Virus record (IMG/VR): IMGVR_UViG_2872147552_000001
Strand: one strand, 5' to 3'
DNA length: 64,000 bases
Origin: a virus
Lineage: Duplodnaviria > Heunggongvirae > Uroviricota > Caudoviricetes
Part shown: positions 30,456 through 40,627 of the stretch, one piece after another
How the letters are laid out: every line of letters begins with the position of its first letter
Numbering within the stretch: position 1 is the first letter of the stretch
The notes under the pieces: model-generated
Seen by the model: the letters and a program-made list of their open reading frames with translations, nothing else
Databases searched by the model: none
What the model was told of the DNA's origin: nothing
Made by a program: the position numbers and the translations under genes

Positions 30456-31202
30456 TTAATCTGCGGGGTTAATCGTTACTGACTTAGTTGCCTTCTTACC
30501 ACCGCTATTGCTGGTGAAGGAGATATTTGTAGAACCCTGCGCCACACCACGTACCAGACCCGTTTGATCTACCGTGGCCTTTTCCTGGTCTTCGGATTCC
30601 CAAACACCGGTTTTGTCTGCGGCATCAGCTGGAGTGATTTCGGCTGTCAGTTGCACAGTTTCTCCAGCTTTTACGGTTGGAGATTCCGGTGAGATCGACA
30701 CAGTTTTTACCGGTTTAGGACCGCTCATTTTGCCCAGAACGCCTTCATCATCCGGGTATGCGCTGAACTGAACAGAGAACACACGAACATCATCAGACTG
30801 GTAAGTCATGGTGAAGTTGCCCGCGGTTGCCGCTTTCGGGATGGTCAACACATAGTCGGTGGTGTCCTGCGGAGTCAGAACCAGCTCCTTCGCCACATCA
30901 ATCAGGTTAACGCCCTGTGCAGATGTGATCGTGACAGAGCTGTCATCTTCGCTCAGAGTAGAACCAGGCATCAGGTCAACCATGTTTTGGAGTACAGACT
31001 CAGCCAGAGGCGCGGTGATGGTAATGTTGCGCCCCTGAACTAATTCGGAAATTACGGTCTGCCCCAACTGATCGACGGTGACTTTCAGCGTTTCAGTGGC
31101 TACTTCAACCTGAACACCACCTTTGGTGTAACCCAAATCCACACCACCAAACGACACCTTACAGGCACCAAGTTTGATGTTTTTTACATGGGTATTAGAC
31201 AT
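30456..31202 (-). CDS. major tail protein with C-terminal Ig-like (BIG2-type) domain
   Basis: AAAGGAG RBS before MSNTHVKNIKLG (track ORF to 31238); C-terminal Ig-like repeat (TVQLTAEITPADAADKTGVWESEDQEKATVD...). Confidence 0.75.
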   Translation of the reverse strand: MSNTHVKNIKLGACKVSFGGVDLGYTKGGVQVEVATETLKVTVDQLGQTVISELVQGRNITITAPLAESVLQNMVDLMPGSTLSEDDSSVTITSAQGVNLIDVAKELVLTPQDTTDYVLTIPKAATAGNFTMTYQSDDVRVFSVQFSAYPDDEGVLGKMSGPKPVKTVSISPESPTVKAGETVQLTAEITPADAADKTGVWESEDQEKATVDQTGLVRGVAQGSTNISFTSNSGGKKATKSVTINPAD

Positions 31203-31276
31203 TGATGGAAAACTCCTTTTTCCGTTAATTCTACGCATTCATTGCGCTAATAGTAAGTATATACTTACCAATTGAG

Positions 31277-31633
31277 TTAATTCAATAAATAGCCAGCAAA
31301 TTCAACAGGAATGCCTGCTTCTATTAATGCCCCATCATTTTTGGGATAAATGATTGGCATCGCCATCGGTCGTACAAGTCGAAAATAAACACCACCAGAT
31401 TCCGTTTCCTCTACTGGAAACATCTCAATGATTTTATTGGCTTTCTCAACCGTCGTAGTAATTGACGAACCACGCACAATGATTGTGAATGATTCGTGAT
31501 AAAAGCCCTGTAGCTCATGATCGATGCTGATACCGGTATTTGGGTTAATAAGCAGGACGCCAGATTTCACATTGGCAGGCAAGTAGTGACAGAAAATGTC
31601 AGTCCCGACCGTGCCAATCTTTGCCTTCTGCAT
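31277..31633 (-). CDS. tail terminator / tail completion protein (U-like position)
   Basis: Track ORF 31277..31783 overlaps upstream gene; start placed at internal Met51; function from synteny only. Confidence 0.45.
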   Translation of the reverse strand: MQKAKIGTVGTDIFCHYLPANVKSGVLLINPNTGISIDHELQGFYHESFTIIVRGSSITTTVEKANKIIEMFPVEETESGGVYFRLVRPMAMPIIYPKNDGALIEAGIPVEFAGYLLN

Positions 31634-31661
31634 CAAACTTGCAAACGCTTCGATAAACACA

Positions 31662-32135
31662 TTAACCTCTCGTAAAACCGGCTTTTCTTGCAGCCTCAAG
31701 AATCGCTTCTGAGAACTGCTTCTCGCTAATTTCCACCGCTCTTTCCAGAAAGTGTGGCCCAACACGAGGTTTAACACCGGCAATTGGTGGGTTTGTCACG
31801 TTCTTCATTCGAGAAAGATAACCGAGTCGGTATTTACCCAGCTCCATGTACTTAGCATAGTCACCGACTTCTACGCCCGGATGCCCCTGACGTGGTTTTG
31901 CTCCAGACACAGAAAGCTCAATACGCAGCCCTGAATAACCTTCTTTAATCACCCTGGCAAAGATGGCTGTCTCCAGAGATCCGGTTTCCAGCGGGGCCAT
32001 TGCACGGCTGAGACGCTCAACCAAACGCGCCAGCTTTTCCATGTCCCGAATAAGATATCGCTTAAATGCTTTCTGGCTGTTATTGAGTCTATTCCCCGCA
32101 CGTTTGAACTGATGCGCATCGTATTTCAGACCCAT
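31662..32135 (-). CDS. head-tail connector / neck protein
   Basis: 157-aa ORF in head-tail joining block; translationally coupled. Confidence 0.5.
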   Translation of the reverse strand: MGLKYDAHQFKRAGNRLNNSQKAFKRYLIRDMEKLARLVERLSRAMAPLETGSLETAIFARVIKEGYSGLRIELSVSGAKPRQGHPGVEVGDYAKYMELGKYRLGYLSRMKNVTNPPIAGVKPRVGPHFLERAVEISEKQFSEAILEAARKAGFTRG

Positions 32136-32566
32136 ATATTCGCCCCCACTTCAAGATGCCCAGGTCTTCCTCGTAGCCCCCAGCGGCGATGAACACTGGA
32201 CACCTTTAATTTTTGACCTTCAAGGATCAGCACATCATCAAGTTGTACAGCCGCTTCTAAAGGGACAACTAACACAGCATCAAACAGCTCCAGACTCGCC
32301 TTACCACGACTACCAGAGCTATCAGCACGAACTGACGATTTCTCATTACTCTGTTCGAACTTAACCACGCCGACATTCGTCTTCCTGACGAATTGTAATT
32401 GCGCCTCACCGTAAACGTTCTTTGCGCCAAAGCGGTAGATCGCAATTTCTGTTTGCCATGAAATATTCATGCTCTCTCCCTGTTGTTGTCGGTCGCTCTC
32501 ATTACTGGCCAAAAAACCTTTCGACCAAAAGTAAATAATGCGACTGGCGTTACGCACGGCGAACAA
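32126..32566 (-). CDS. head-tail connector / neck protein
   Basis: 146-aa ORF overlapping neighbours in operon. Confidence 0.5.
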   Translation of the reverse strand: MFAVRNASRIIYFWSKGFLASNESDRQQQGESMNISWQTEIAIYRFGAKNVYGEAQLQFVRKTNVGVVKFEQSNEKSSVRADSSGSRGKASLELFDAVLVVPLEAAVQLDDVLILEGQKLKVSSVHRRWGLRGRPGHLEVGANIWV

Positions 32567-33383
32567 TCATACGGTTGTTGATGTAACTGACCAGCAAGCG
32601 CCAGGTACTACGAGCCACATGCACGTTTGCAGCTTTACCGGTACGGTACATGTTGGTTGTTTCACCGATGGACTCTGACAAAATGCCATCCTCTCGTGCT
32701 GCGGCTACATCATTGCCATTTGCGATCTCACACGCTTCGTTGACAACGGCAAGCATCAACGCTTCTTTGAAGTAGTCAGGGAACTCTTCAAACTTCTCCT
32801 GCGTCATCTTTTCCCAATCGACTAAATCATGCCGGTACGCTCCATCTGCTCCCCACGGAATGTCATACACATTCAGCATATTTTGAGGGCGATCGTATCG
32901 GTCAAAGTCGATACGTAGAATTTTGCGGATTGAGAACGGTAAAGTTTTAATTCGTCTGGTAGCCTCAATGAGACGCTTGCGCATTAAGCCTTCACCATCC
33001 GACAGCAAAGTGTCCCCATTCAGCATATCGATCGCCTGCATTTGAGCATCAGCGACAGTTGCAAACGACTGTTCTGGTATCGACAGTTCAAAACTATTCA
33101 GCAGAACATACATTTGCCGCTCTTCATGCGTCAGACCCGATGCAACAGCCTTCACAATGACGTACCGCAGATCGCGTTCTTTCTCAGAGAGCTGGTTATA
33201 TTCAGCCGACACGACAACCGGAATCGACATTTGACCGCTGGTAATTTCTAGCGGCTCGCCATCAACGAGAATAGCCCCGGTGCTGTCCTTTACTGTGTAG
33301 GTAGCAGATTCGATATCCAGCACGTTGAAGGCAAATGAAAGGGAAACAGCTTCACCGCTACGATACGAGTCGATCTGCGCCAT
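32550..33383 (-). CDS. head-tail adaptor / head completion protein
   Basis: 277-aa ORF; synteny downstream of capsid genes. Confidence 0.5.
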   Translation of the reverse strand: MAQIDSYRSGEAVSLSFAFNVLDIESATYTVKDSTGAILVDGEPLEITSGQMSIPVVVSAEYNQLSEKERDLRYVIVKAVASGLTHEERQMYVLLNSFELSIPEQSFATVADAQMQAIDMLNGDTLLSDGEGLMRKRLIEATRRIKTLPFSIRKILRIDFDRYDRPQNMLNVYDIPWGADGAYRHDLVDWEKMTQEKFEEFPDYFKEALMLAVVNEACEIANGNDVAAAREDGILSESIGETTNMYRTGKAANVHVARSTWRLLVSYINNRMIVRRA

Positions 33384-33817
33384 TACTCACCGCCTTGTGC
33401 TTTCAGGATGCCTTCAATCATCTCGACAATTCCTTTCGCTTTGACACCAACCTGATTACCAATCACACGTAGACCGGCAATGCCTTCATTGTCTGCAATT
33501 GACTCCAACTCTTCTCGTGTGAAAGTCTGGATCTGTTTGGCCGGTTCATCTGGTGTCCCACGTTTCATTGGCACAATGTCAGGTGCTGCTGGCTCGGTAA
33601 TCAGGTCTGCGGTCAACTCGCCACGATCACTGTATGCGGCAGACGGAGAAACATTTTTGCCCTCGACTGTTGATGCTCGCATTGAGGCACAAATCCTTTG
33701 CTGATCGATAAAAGGCAACTCCGCTACGGACACCCCGTTCTCGAACTGAACGCCGCACAACATTCCCGAATAACCGGAAAATTGCGGTTCTAATAAAACA
33801 ATTTTTGCTGGTTTCAT
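33383..33817 (-). CDS. hypothetical virion protein
   Basis: 144-aa ORF coupled to downstream gene. Confidence 0.45.
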   Translation of the reverse strand: MKPAKIVLLEPQFSGYSGMLCGVQFENGVSVAELPFIDQQRICASMRASTVEGKNVSPSAAYSDRGELTADLITEPAAPDIVPMKRGTPDEPAKQIQTFTREELESIADNEGIAGLRVIGNQVGVKAKGIVEMIEGILKAQGGE

Positions 33818-33861
33818 AACGCATTCTCTCTACATGGGCGGCTTTCGCCGCCCAATATTGA

Positions 33862-34782
33862 TTATTCCTGTGCAGCAGTGACTTCTACGGTCGCTGTCGC
33901 TTTGTGGCTACCATCTTGGGTAGTAACCTCGATTGTGGCAGTACCAGCCGCAACGCCAGTTACAACACCGGTTTCGCTATCCACCGTTGCAAATTCGGTA
34001 TTTTTGGATTCCCAAGTAACGGTTTTATTTGTTGCTCCTGCCGGCTCGACATTTGCGGTCAGCTGAACAGTTTTGTTTGCCTCAACGTTTGTGCTATTTG
34101 GGTCGATTTCGACGCCGGTAACAGCCACAACAGGCGCAGTTACTTCCACCGTTGCAGTTCCCTTTTTGCTGCCATCTTGGGAAACGATCTCAATCGTCGC
34201 AGTGCCAACTTCTACACCAGTAACGTTCCCGCTCTGGTCTACCGTTGCCTTATCTTCATTTTTGGAAGACCAGGTAACAGCCTTATTCGTCGCATTTGAC
34301 GGCTGAACATTCGCTTTCAGACTGACTGATTTCCCTTTCTCAACAGACGTTGATTCTGGCGTTACCGTTACGGATTGAACGGCTACCGGATTTACGGTGA
34401 CTTCCACTGAAGCGGAAAGCTGGGTTTCCTGATCAGTTGCAGTAATTTTTACTTTGCCTGGTGCTACGCCAGTTACTAATCCAGTGCCGTTAACGGTTGC
34501 AATTTGGTCATTGGCTGACTTCCAGGTGAATGAACTGGCACTCTTACCCATAGTAATACCTGCACTAAGTTGAACAGTTTTCCCAACCAAAACTGACGGT
34601 GAAGCCGGGGTTATGTTTACGGATTGGGAGAAGGGAACCGCCTGCAAACAAGCAGATAGCTGACTTTGTTGTCGCTCGGTTAAAGGTTCATCGGAGATAG
34701 AATTGGTAAATCCGGCACGGCACATATGCCCCGTAAAATCCGAAAATGTCTCTTCCGTAATCTTCATCTTTTGTTCTGGCAT
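33862..34782 (-). CDS. Ig-like (BIG2) repeat protein, probable capsid decoration / head fibre
   Basis: Three tandem Ig-like repeats (TVQLSAGIT.., SVSLKANVQPSNATNKAVTWSS.., TVQLTANVEPAGATNKTVTWES..); follows major capsid gene. Confidence 0.7.
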   Translation of the reverse strand: MPEQKMKITEETFSDFTGHMCRAGFTNSISDEPLTERQQSQLSACLQAVPFSQSVNITPASPSVLVGKTVQLSAGITMGKSASSFTWKSANDQIATVNGTGLVTGVAPGKVKITATDQETQLSASVEVTVNPVAVQSVTVTPESTSVEKGKSVSLKANVQPSNATNKAVTWSSKNEDKATVDQSGNVTGVEVGTATIEIVSQDGSKKGTATVEVTAPVVAVTGVEIDPNSTNVEANKTVQLTANVEPAGATNKTVTWESKNTEFATVDSETGVVTGVAAGTATIEVTTQDGSHKATATVEVTAAQE

Positions 34783-34855
34783 TTCTCGCTCCTACAAAAA
34801 GGGTGGGCGTATAGCCCACCCTTTAACATAGATAATTACTTATCTACTTCACTGA

Positions 34856-35731
34856 TTAAATTTTTACATTGGTCAGTGCAGCGATAGCCTTATCGTGCTT
34901 ATTCGCCAGAGAGCAGTACCACTTCACACGGGTACGTACTGCGTCTTTGTTCTGTACAGTACCAATGTTTTCAACAACGATACCTGCGTTGTCGCCGCCA
35001 TACAGACCAGTAACGCCGTTCTCTTCTGACAGATGCAGGCAGTAGATGCTTGCTTTGCCAGAATCGGTCGGGATGAAGTCGTTGATGATGAACGGAACGC
35101 CGTTATGACACAGCATCGGACGACCGAAGTTCTCCATCATGATTTCAGACGGACCTACGTTTACTGTACGCAGCAGCGCACGGTAAGCACGCAGGTGCTC
35201 TGAACGCATCATGATGCAGTCAGCACCAAGATCTTTCACCGCATCGACCAGTTCGTCGAACATAGAGAAAGTCATAGATGCACCGGCGATATCGATCTTC
35301 TGATCTGCGTGCATCAGGCGTGGAATGCCGTCAAACGCCTTGTTGTTGGAGCTGGAGTCACCCAAAATCAGGTTGCGACGGAACGCACGAGCCAGACCTT
35401 TAACTTTCTGACGAACCTGAATAGCCAACTGGTTGTTGGTGTCGGCCATAGTGGTCGCCAGGAATTTATCAACGTCTACGTCACCAGCCAGAATACGCAG
35501 TTTCGCAACGCATTCTTCGAAGGTTGCTGCACCTTCAGGGATGGTGTCGTTAACGTCGATGAAGGTAGCTTCACTCAGCGTTTTTTCACGGTTGTACAGA
35601 TATGCCTTTGAATTAATTTTCATAAAAGGCAGGATGGCAAACAGGTCATCGCGATCGATGATAGTTTCGATCACACCCTGTTCAAGTTCGTTGTTAGACA
35701 GCTTTTCAGCTTCTTCACGCAGTAATGGCAT
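34856..35731 (-). CDS. major capsid protein
   Basis: 291 aa; follows scaffold and portal in T7-like order. Confidence 0.75.
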   Translation of the reverse strand: MPLLREEAEKLSNNELEQGVIETIIDRDDLFAILPFMKINSKAYLYNREKTLSEATFIDVNDTIPEGAATFEECVAKLRILAGDVDVDKFLATTMADTNNQLAIQVRQKVKGLARAFRRNLILGDSSSNNKAFDGIPRLMHADQKIDIAGASMTFSMFDELVDAVKDLGADCIMMRSEHLRAYRALLRTVNVGPSEIMMENFGRPMLCHNGVPFIINDFIPTDSGKASIYCLHLSEENGVTGLYGGDNAGIVVENIGTVQNKDAVRTRVKWYCSLANKHDKAIAALTNVKI

Positions 35732-35756
35732 CTATCAATTCCCTTTGATTTAGATG

Positions 35757-36644
35757 TTACTTAAGTCCAATTTTCCCCAGACCGGAGGCCAACTTATCCA
35801 TAGTCGACTTGTTCTTCGGTTGGGATATTGTGTAGGTCGATTTGGAATGTGAGCCTACACCCTGCTTGGCTTCGCTACGCATCAATGCGTCAGCTTCCGG
35901 ATCTGCCCGCACAATGCGTTCAATCGCGGATTCAAACGGCAACGGCTTACCTTCACCGTCAACCAGAACAGCTCGTTCTTTGTGACCTGCCGGTTTGTCA
36001 TAACCCACTACGCTACCGTCTTCACCAACTTCAAAATGAGAACCGTAGATCACGCGGGCTTTTGCCGGGGTCATCAGAACTTTGTCACGTAGGAAGAGAG
36101 AGTTACTGAAGGAAGCGCCCACGGTCATCTCGACTAATTGAGATTTCAGTGATGCGTTTTCACTTTCCAGTGCTGCATAACGTTCGTCACGCTGTGCCAG
36201 CTCTGCCTGGTGTGCTTCGATCATCTGTTTTTTAACAGCATCGAACTCACCACGACGCTCCAGTTCAGCTTGCTCCGCCTCACGACGTGCGTTTTCTGCG
36301 GCCTGTTCAGCTTCTAAAAGCTGGCGAGCACGAGCCGGATCGATATCACCGTACTGAGCAAGCTGATCGGCCAATGTGCGCTCTTTCTCTTTGCGCTTCA
36401 TGTTCTCCTTCAGCAGTTCAGCACCAGCTTTCTTGGTTTTACGAAGTTCGGCCAGTAACTCTTCCTGAGTCATGCCAGCGTATTCGTCATCGCCCTTCGG
36501 CTGCTCTTTTTGTTCACCCTGTTTGTCAGGATCTTGTGTACTCTGCTCATTATCAGCAGCTACACCGCCAGCGCCTCCACGCTCATGCGCTTCAGCGACA
36601 TCCATCAGACCACGACGGGCCAAAAGCATTTGCCACAGATTCAT
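35757..36644 (-). CDS. capsid scaffolding protein
   Basis: Acidic coiled-coil-rich 295 aa between portal and capsid. Confidence 0.65.
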   Translation of the reverse strand: MNLWQMLLARRGLMDVAEAHERGGAGGVAADNEQSTQDPDKQGEQKEQPKGDDEYAGMTQEELLAELRKTKKAGAELLKENMKRKEKERTLADQLAQYGDIDPARARQLLEAEQAAENARREAEQAELERRGEFDAVKKQMIEAHQAELAQRDERYAALESENASLKSQLVEMTVGASFSNSLFLRDKVLMTPAKARVIYGSHFEVGEDGSVVGYDKPAGHKERAVLVDGEGKPLPFESAIERIVRADPEADALMRSEAKQGVGSHSKSTYTISQPKNKSTMDKLASGLGKIGLK

Positions 36645-36665
36645 AAAAATTCCTTTTGTTACTTA

Positions 36666-38240
36666 TCACTCGTTCTCTTGAGTAGATGAGTCCCCATTCC
36701 CTCGGGGTTGATCTTGCCCGCTTTCTTGGGCTGCACCACGATCATAAGTAAGTACTGACTTATTTTCAAGGGTATTTAGATCATTTTTTGGAGGAAAATT
36801 CAAGAGATCTTTATCAAATTCCTTTTTCATCGCCTCAGTAATGTTCGGGAAAATCTTCTCAATAAGCATTTCCATCTGGTGACGACGTACAGAGTCCGGT
36901 GCCTGAAGTAATGACAGTTTCTCGGCAACAGAAAATTCATCAGTAAGGCCACGAATATCGAAACTTTCTGGATACGCAATTAAAGAGTGGTCTTCGTCCA
37001 GATCTACCCCCATCCATTTCGCAACCAGTAGCATGATTTGGCGTTCAGCCCTTTCCAGACGCTCTGCTTTTGTGACAAGCAAGCTATTTACACGCTGGAA
37101 GTCATACATTTTTGCGGCACCAGATGAATTATCGATTCCCTGTGCGTTGTCCTGCTTCGTTCGCTCACCAGCTACACCAACTGAATGGTAGATTTCGTTA
37201 ATCACCGTCTTAATCGTAGTGATGATCATCTGAGCTTGTTTCGGGTCTGGTGACAGATAAAACGGCTGGTTTCCACCTTCAGAATCGTAGGTGAAGACTC
37301 GCTTTGTGCCCATTTCAAGCACTTTAGTGTGGTTTTCATCACCAGGTAAAAGCGACTGTACCGGTATAGCCAACTGGCTAAATGTCTGATCCTGAATAAT
37401 GGCATCAAGGTTTGACAGATAGTTTGCAACCGCACGATCAAGATAAGCGATATCATCGATCAACGATGGGCTGAAATACGGTGATTCACTTTCTCCAATA
37501 CAATCAACAGGAAACACAGGAACTACGCCGAGATTATGCTCACCGCTATCCTCTAAAATAACTTTTGCCTGACGGCGACCTGCTCCACCAGCGCCCTTCT
37601 TCACTTCCTCACGGAACAGATACCACTCGTTTTGTGTCCACAGACGATAACGTTGGTATTCCTGACCTGTAGAAGTAAAAGGATCTGCGTCATCACGAGC
37701 GACTTCCACAATTAACGCCCACAACATATTCCCGTCGTCGTCCCATGCCACATCCAGCATTTGCTGAGGTGAAATCCAGTAGGCGTAGGCGCGAGCATCT
37801 TTCTTTTTCTCGTCAGCTACTGACTCAACATCACCACTCATCGTGCTATCGACAACAACCCATATGCGACCGTAAATAGACGACTGCAAATCAATAGCGG
37901 CCATAAATGAGTCAATAGAGGCATTCTGGCGAGTCGCACGTTTCCAGAAATTGCGGATCTGCTCTGGTGCCTCTTCGATATTTCTATGAATGTCTTCTTT
38001 AAAGAGATATTTGTTGATGAGGTTTACCACCTCACGAGTGTGGTTGAAGCGATAAGCACGTTCAACTCGCTCCTTAAACTCCTGATCTCCCTCTTTAAAG
38101 TAACGAAAGATATTGTCTGTAAACCAACCACGCCCGCCAGCGTAAGTGCTGGCGAGGAAGTCCCAATGTTCTTTTTTCTTTTCGTATTCCGGGTGGCGTC
38201 GCGCCACCAGATCCTTAATTTGTTTGTCGTTCAATTCCAT
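36666..38240 (-). CDS. portal protein
   Basis: 524 aa immediately downstream of terminase large subunit. Confidence 0.75.
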   Translation of the reverse strand: MELNDKQIKDLVARRHPEYEKKKEHWDFLASTYAGGRGWFTDNIFRYFKEGDQEFKERVERAYRFNHTREVVNLINKYLFKEDIHRNIEEAPEQIRNFWKRATRQNASIDSFMAAIDLQSSIYGRIWVVVDSTMSGDVESVADEKKKDARAYAYWISPQQMLDVAWDDDGNMLWALIVEVARDDADPFTSTGQEYQRYRLWTQNEWYLFREEVKKGAGGAGRRQAKVILEDSGEHNLGVVPVFPVDCIGESESPYFSPSLIDDIAYLDRAVANYLSNLDAIIQDQTFSQLAIPVQSLLPGDENHTKVLEMGTKRVFTYDSEGGNQPFYLSPDPKQAQMIITTIKTVINEIYHSVGVAGERTKQDNAQGIDNSSGAAKMYDFQRVNSLLVTKAERLERAERQIMLLVAKWMGVDLDEDHSLIAYPESFDIRGLTDEFSVAEKLSLLQAPDSVRRHQMEMLIEKIFPNITEAMKKEFDKDLLNFPPKNDLNTLENKSVLTYDRGAAQESGQDQPRGNGDSSTQENE

Positions 38241-38266
38241 TTGAATAACCTTAGATAATTACTTAC

Positions 38267-39523
38267 CTATCGAGAACCACCAAGAATAACACGGTTTTTG
38301 ACTGGATACCTACGATGTACTGGATAGCCCAATGCGTCTGCACTATGCTCAATGCCACCTGTCTTATCCATATCTCGTGTTCCAGGCTTGTAGATGACTT
38401 TTTCCAGTGAATCAATCAAATGCTTGCACTTCGGATCGATATACAGCCGGATATCTCCAGATGCGGTCATCAGCATTCGGTTAACAGCATTAACACGATC
38501 CGCAATTGGCGGGTGCTTTTTCGAATAATCGACACGTAAGAATCCCTTCTCTTTGAATATGTCGACGTCAGACTCCCCGCGAGCATGTTGGCGATAAGCA
38601 CCTGCCGGATCTGGAAATACCGTTATCTGTGATTTCCAGCGCCAGAAGCGTCTCTCAAGCTCATCACAAACCTCTGCCGTGTTAGAGGAAAAGAGCACCA
38701 ATTCATCAATTGCCCATAGCTCACCATTTGGCTGAGGTTGCAAAATTACTGAAGACATCGGGTCAATGTTGAAGTCCTGCCCTACCCATATAGGCAACCG
38801 AGGGTTGAACTGAAGCGGTTTTACATGCACGTTACGATCGAACGGGTAGTAAACGCGCCCGGACATGTTCTCAAAGCTCGCCAGGTACTCCTGAGCGAAC
38901 GATTTCGGGTCCATATCGTTCTTAGCAGCTTCAATTTCCGCCGTAGGTACAAACGGAGAATCGGCAGTTACAAACTGCCAGCTCTTCCACTGTCCCTTTC
39001 TTTGCAGCTCTACGTTCTGGCCTATAGTCCACAGTTTGTGAAATTCCGAGAAGCCTTTTGGCGTACCAATGATCAGTGCACCGCCGCGTGTCGATGAAAG
39101 AGTAGGTCGTAACACCTTGTACCAGGTGTCAGCCTTCATATCCTGAAATTCATCAAGCACTACAAAATGCAACGCTACGCCGCGCAGAGTGTCAGGCTTA
39201 TCAGCACCTTTGAGGGCGATCTCCGAACCGTTCTTCAACACGATTGTCATCGTGGTGTCGTTCTTTTTCCTAACCCACTTACGAGGCAGAACTTCCTGTA
39301 GATCGTCCCACAAAATCTGGCGAGCCATCTGGTAAGTAGGAGCGACATACCAGACCCTTTGCTTTTTTTCCTTTGCCGCCGCACGAATAATAGTGGAGAT
39401 CGACAACCGGGATTTTCCCCAGCGTCGACCAGCACAAACAACTTTAAATCGATGCGGAGACTGGAAGACTTTCATCTGTCCAGAATGCAGTTGCACAAGA
39501 CTGAGCGAGGACGGGATTGCCAT
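38267..39523 (-). CDS. terminase large subunit
   Basis: Walker A CAGRRWGKS, Walker B VVLDEF, C-terminal nuclease-like domain; overlaps TerS stop. Confidence 0.9.
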   Translation of the reverse strand: MAIPSSLSLVQLHSGQMKVFQSPHRFKVVCAGRRWGKSRLSISTIIRAAAKEKKQRVWYVAPTYQMARQILWDDLQEVLPRKWVRKKNDTTMTIVLKNGSEIALKGADKPDTLRGVALHFVVLDEFQDMKADTWYKVLRPTLSSTRGGALIIGTPKGFSEFHKLWTIGQNVELQRKGQWKSWQFVTADSPFVPTAEIEAAKNDMDPKSFAQEYLASFENMSGRVYYPFDRNVHVKPLQFNPRLPIWVGQDFNIDPMSSVILQPQPNGELWAIDELVLFSSNTAEVCDELERRFWRWKSQITVFPDPAGAYRQHARGESDVDIFKEKGFLRVDYSKKHPPIADRVNAVNRMLMTASGDIRLYIDPKCKHLIDSLEKVIYKPGTRDMDKTGGIEHSADALGYPVHRRYPVKNRVILGGSR

Positions 39524-40155
39524 TATTCGTCCTCCCCTTTACTTCCATCATCTGTCGCATCAAATTCGCTTAGAGCTTCTTCTTCTAACGTCTCAAGCAA
39601 TTCGTCATCGATGATTTCAGGCTCGTCGTCTTCCTGACGTAATTTCGCCACCTGGGAAGGCGTAAGCTCACCAAATACCAGGTTCGGAATTTCTTCCTCG
39701 TCATTTTCCGCATGATCCATGCCCAATGCTTTGGACGAAACTTCAAAGCATTTTGCAAGGGTATTACTGGCTCTCTGTAAGCTCTTGAGAGAATCCTCAA
39801 TCGCCCCTAAAGGCTTACCCTCACGTTTGGCCGTAGTGACTTCGACCATCACCATCTGCCCCAACGCATACGCCCAGCCGTCATAACGTGTACGACGTTC
39901 TTCTATCTTTTCCGCACGGGCTTTAGCGCGAAGCTCTGCGTCAGATTTAAGAGACTCACGAACCATCTTCCCAACAGAGTCCGCGCCTTTCTCTAATCCT
40001 CGCTTTTTGAAATGTCTGGAGAGTGTTTCACGACGAATGCCGTACTCTTCCTCCAGCTTTGAGAGTGTATATTCGCCTGACGTCCATTTGGCTTCAGCTT
40101 CGGCCCACTCCGCTGGTGTCAGGCGAGTTTTTACCTCGTCTTTTTCGACCGTCAT
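39523..40155 (-). CDS. terminase small subunit
   Basis: 210 aa, N-terminal HTH-like region, acidic C-terminus; directly upstream of TerL. Confidence 0.7.
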   Translation of the reverse strand: MTVEKDEVKTRLTPAEWAEAEAKWTSGEYTLSKLEEEYGIRRETLSRHFKKRGLEKGADSVGKMVRESLKSDAELRAKARAEKIEERRTRYDGWAYALGQMVMVEVTTAKREGKPLGAIEDSLKSLQRASNTLAKCFEVSSKALGMDHAENDEEEIPNLVFGELTPSQVAKLRQEDDEPEIIDDELLETLEEEALSEFDATDDGSKGEDE

Positions 40156-40271
40156 AGATCCCTCTAAAACACACAGAGCGCGTCCATGCGCTCTAAAACA
40201 ACTTGTTTACTGAATCTGCTAACCAACTTGTTTTCTGGGGTGTTTAATTAGGTCTGGGCATGTCTTATTAA

Positions 40272-40329
40272 GCCTGCTTCCGTATATATTTAATAAGTTA
40301 CTTATTATTTATATATACAGAAGCAGGTC
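40272..40329. repeat. 58-bp AT-rich imperfect palindrome, copy 2, flanked by GGTCTGGG / CCCAGACC inverted repeat
   Basis: gcctgcttccgtatatatttaataagttacttattatttatatatacagaagcaggtc; upstream of terminase operon; two GAAAACAA.TTGTTTTC-type sites lie at about 40190-40240. Confidence 0.7.
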
Positions 40330-40351
40330 TTTAAATAAGCTCCCAGACCGG

Positions 40352-40618
40352 TTACATCACCAGTAACTTCGCTTTGGCTCGACCTAAAGTGGTTAACCCA
40401 AGAGTTCGGCGGTGATAGCGATTGTCACTGCGTTGGCGCGTATGCCCTTTCTCCACCAGCCCCTTTTTTATCAGAGCGCGAATTGAGAACTGGATACTTT
40501 GCTTGGTTGTCTTGTACGGCAAAACTTCAAGCAATTCGTCCAGATCAAGTAAATGACCTCGCTCATAACCGAGGTTGAGCGTTTTGATGATGTCCTTTTG
40601 TTTATCGGTTAACGTCAT
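40352..40618 (-). CDS. small winged-helix DNA-binding protein (putative regulator)
   Basis: 88 aa with LEVLPYKTTKQSIQFSIRALIKKGLVEK helix-turn-helix-like segment. Confidence 0.45.
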   Translation of the reverse strand: MTLTDKQKDIIKTLNLGYERGHLLDLDELLEVLPYKTTKQSIQFSIRALIKKGLVEKGHTRQRSDNRYHRRTLGLTTLGRAKAKLLVM

Positions 40619-40627
40619 GGCAAATCC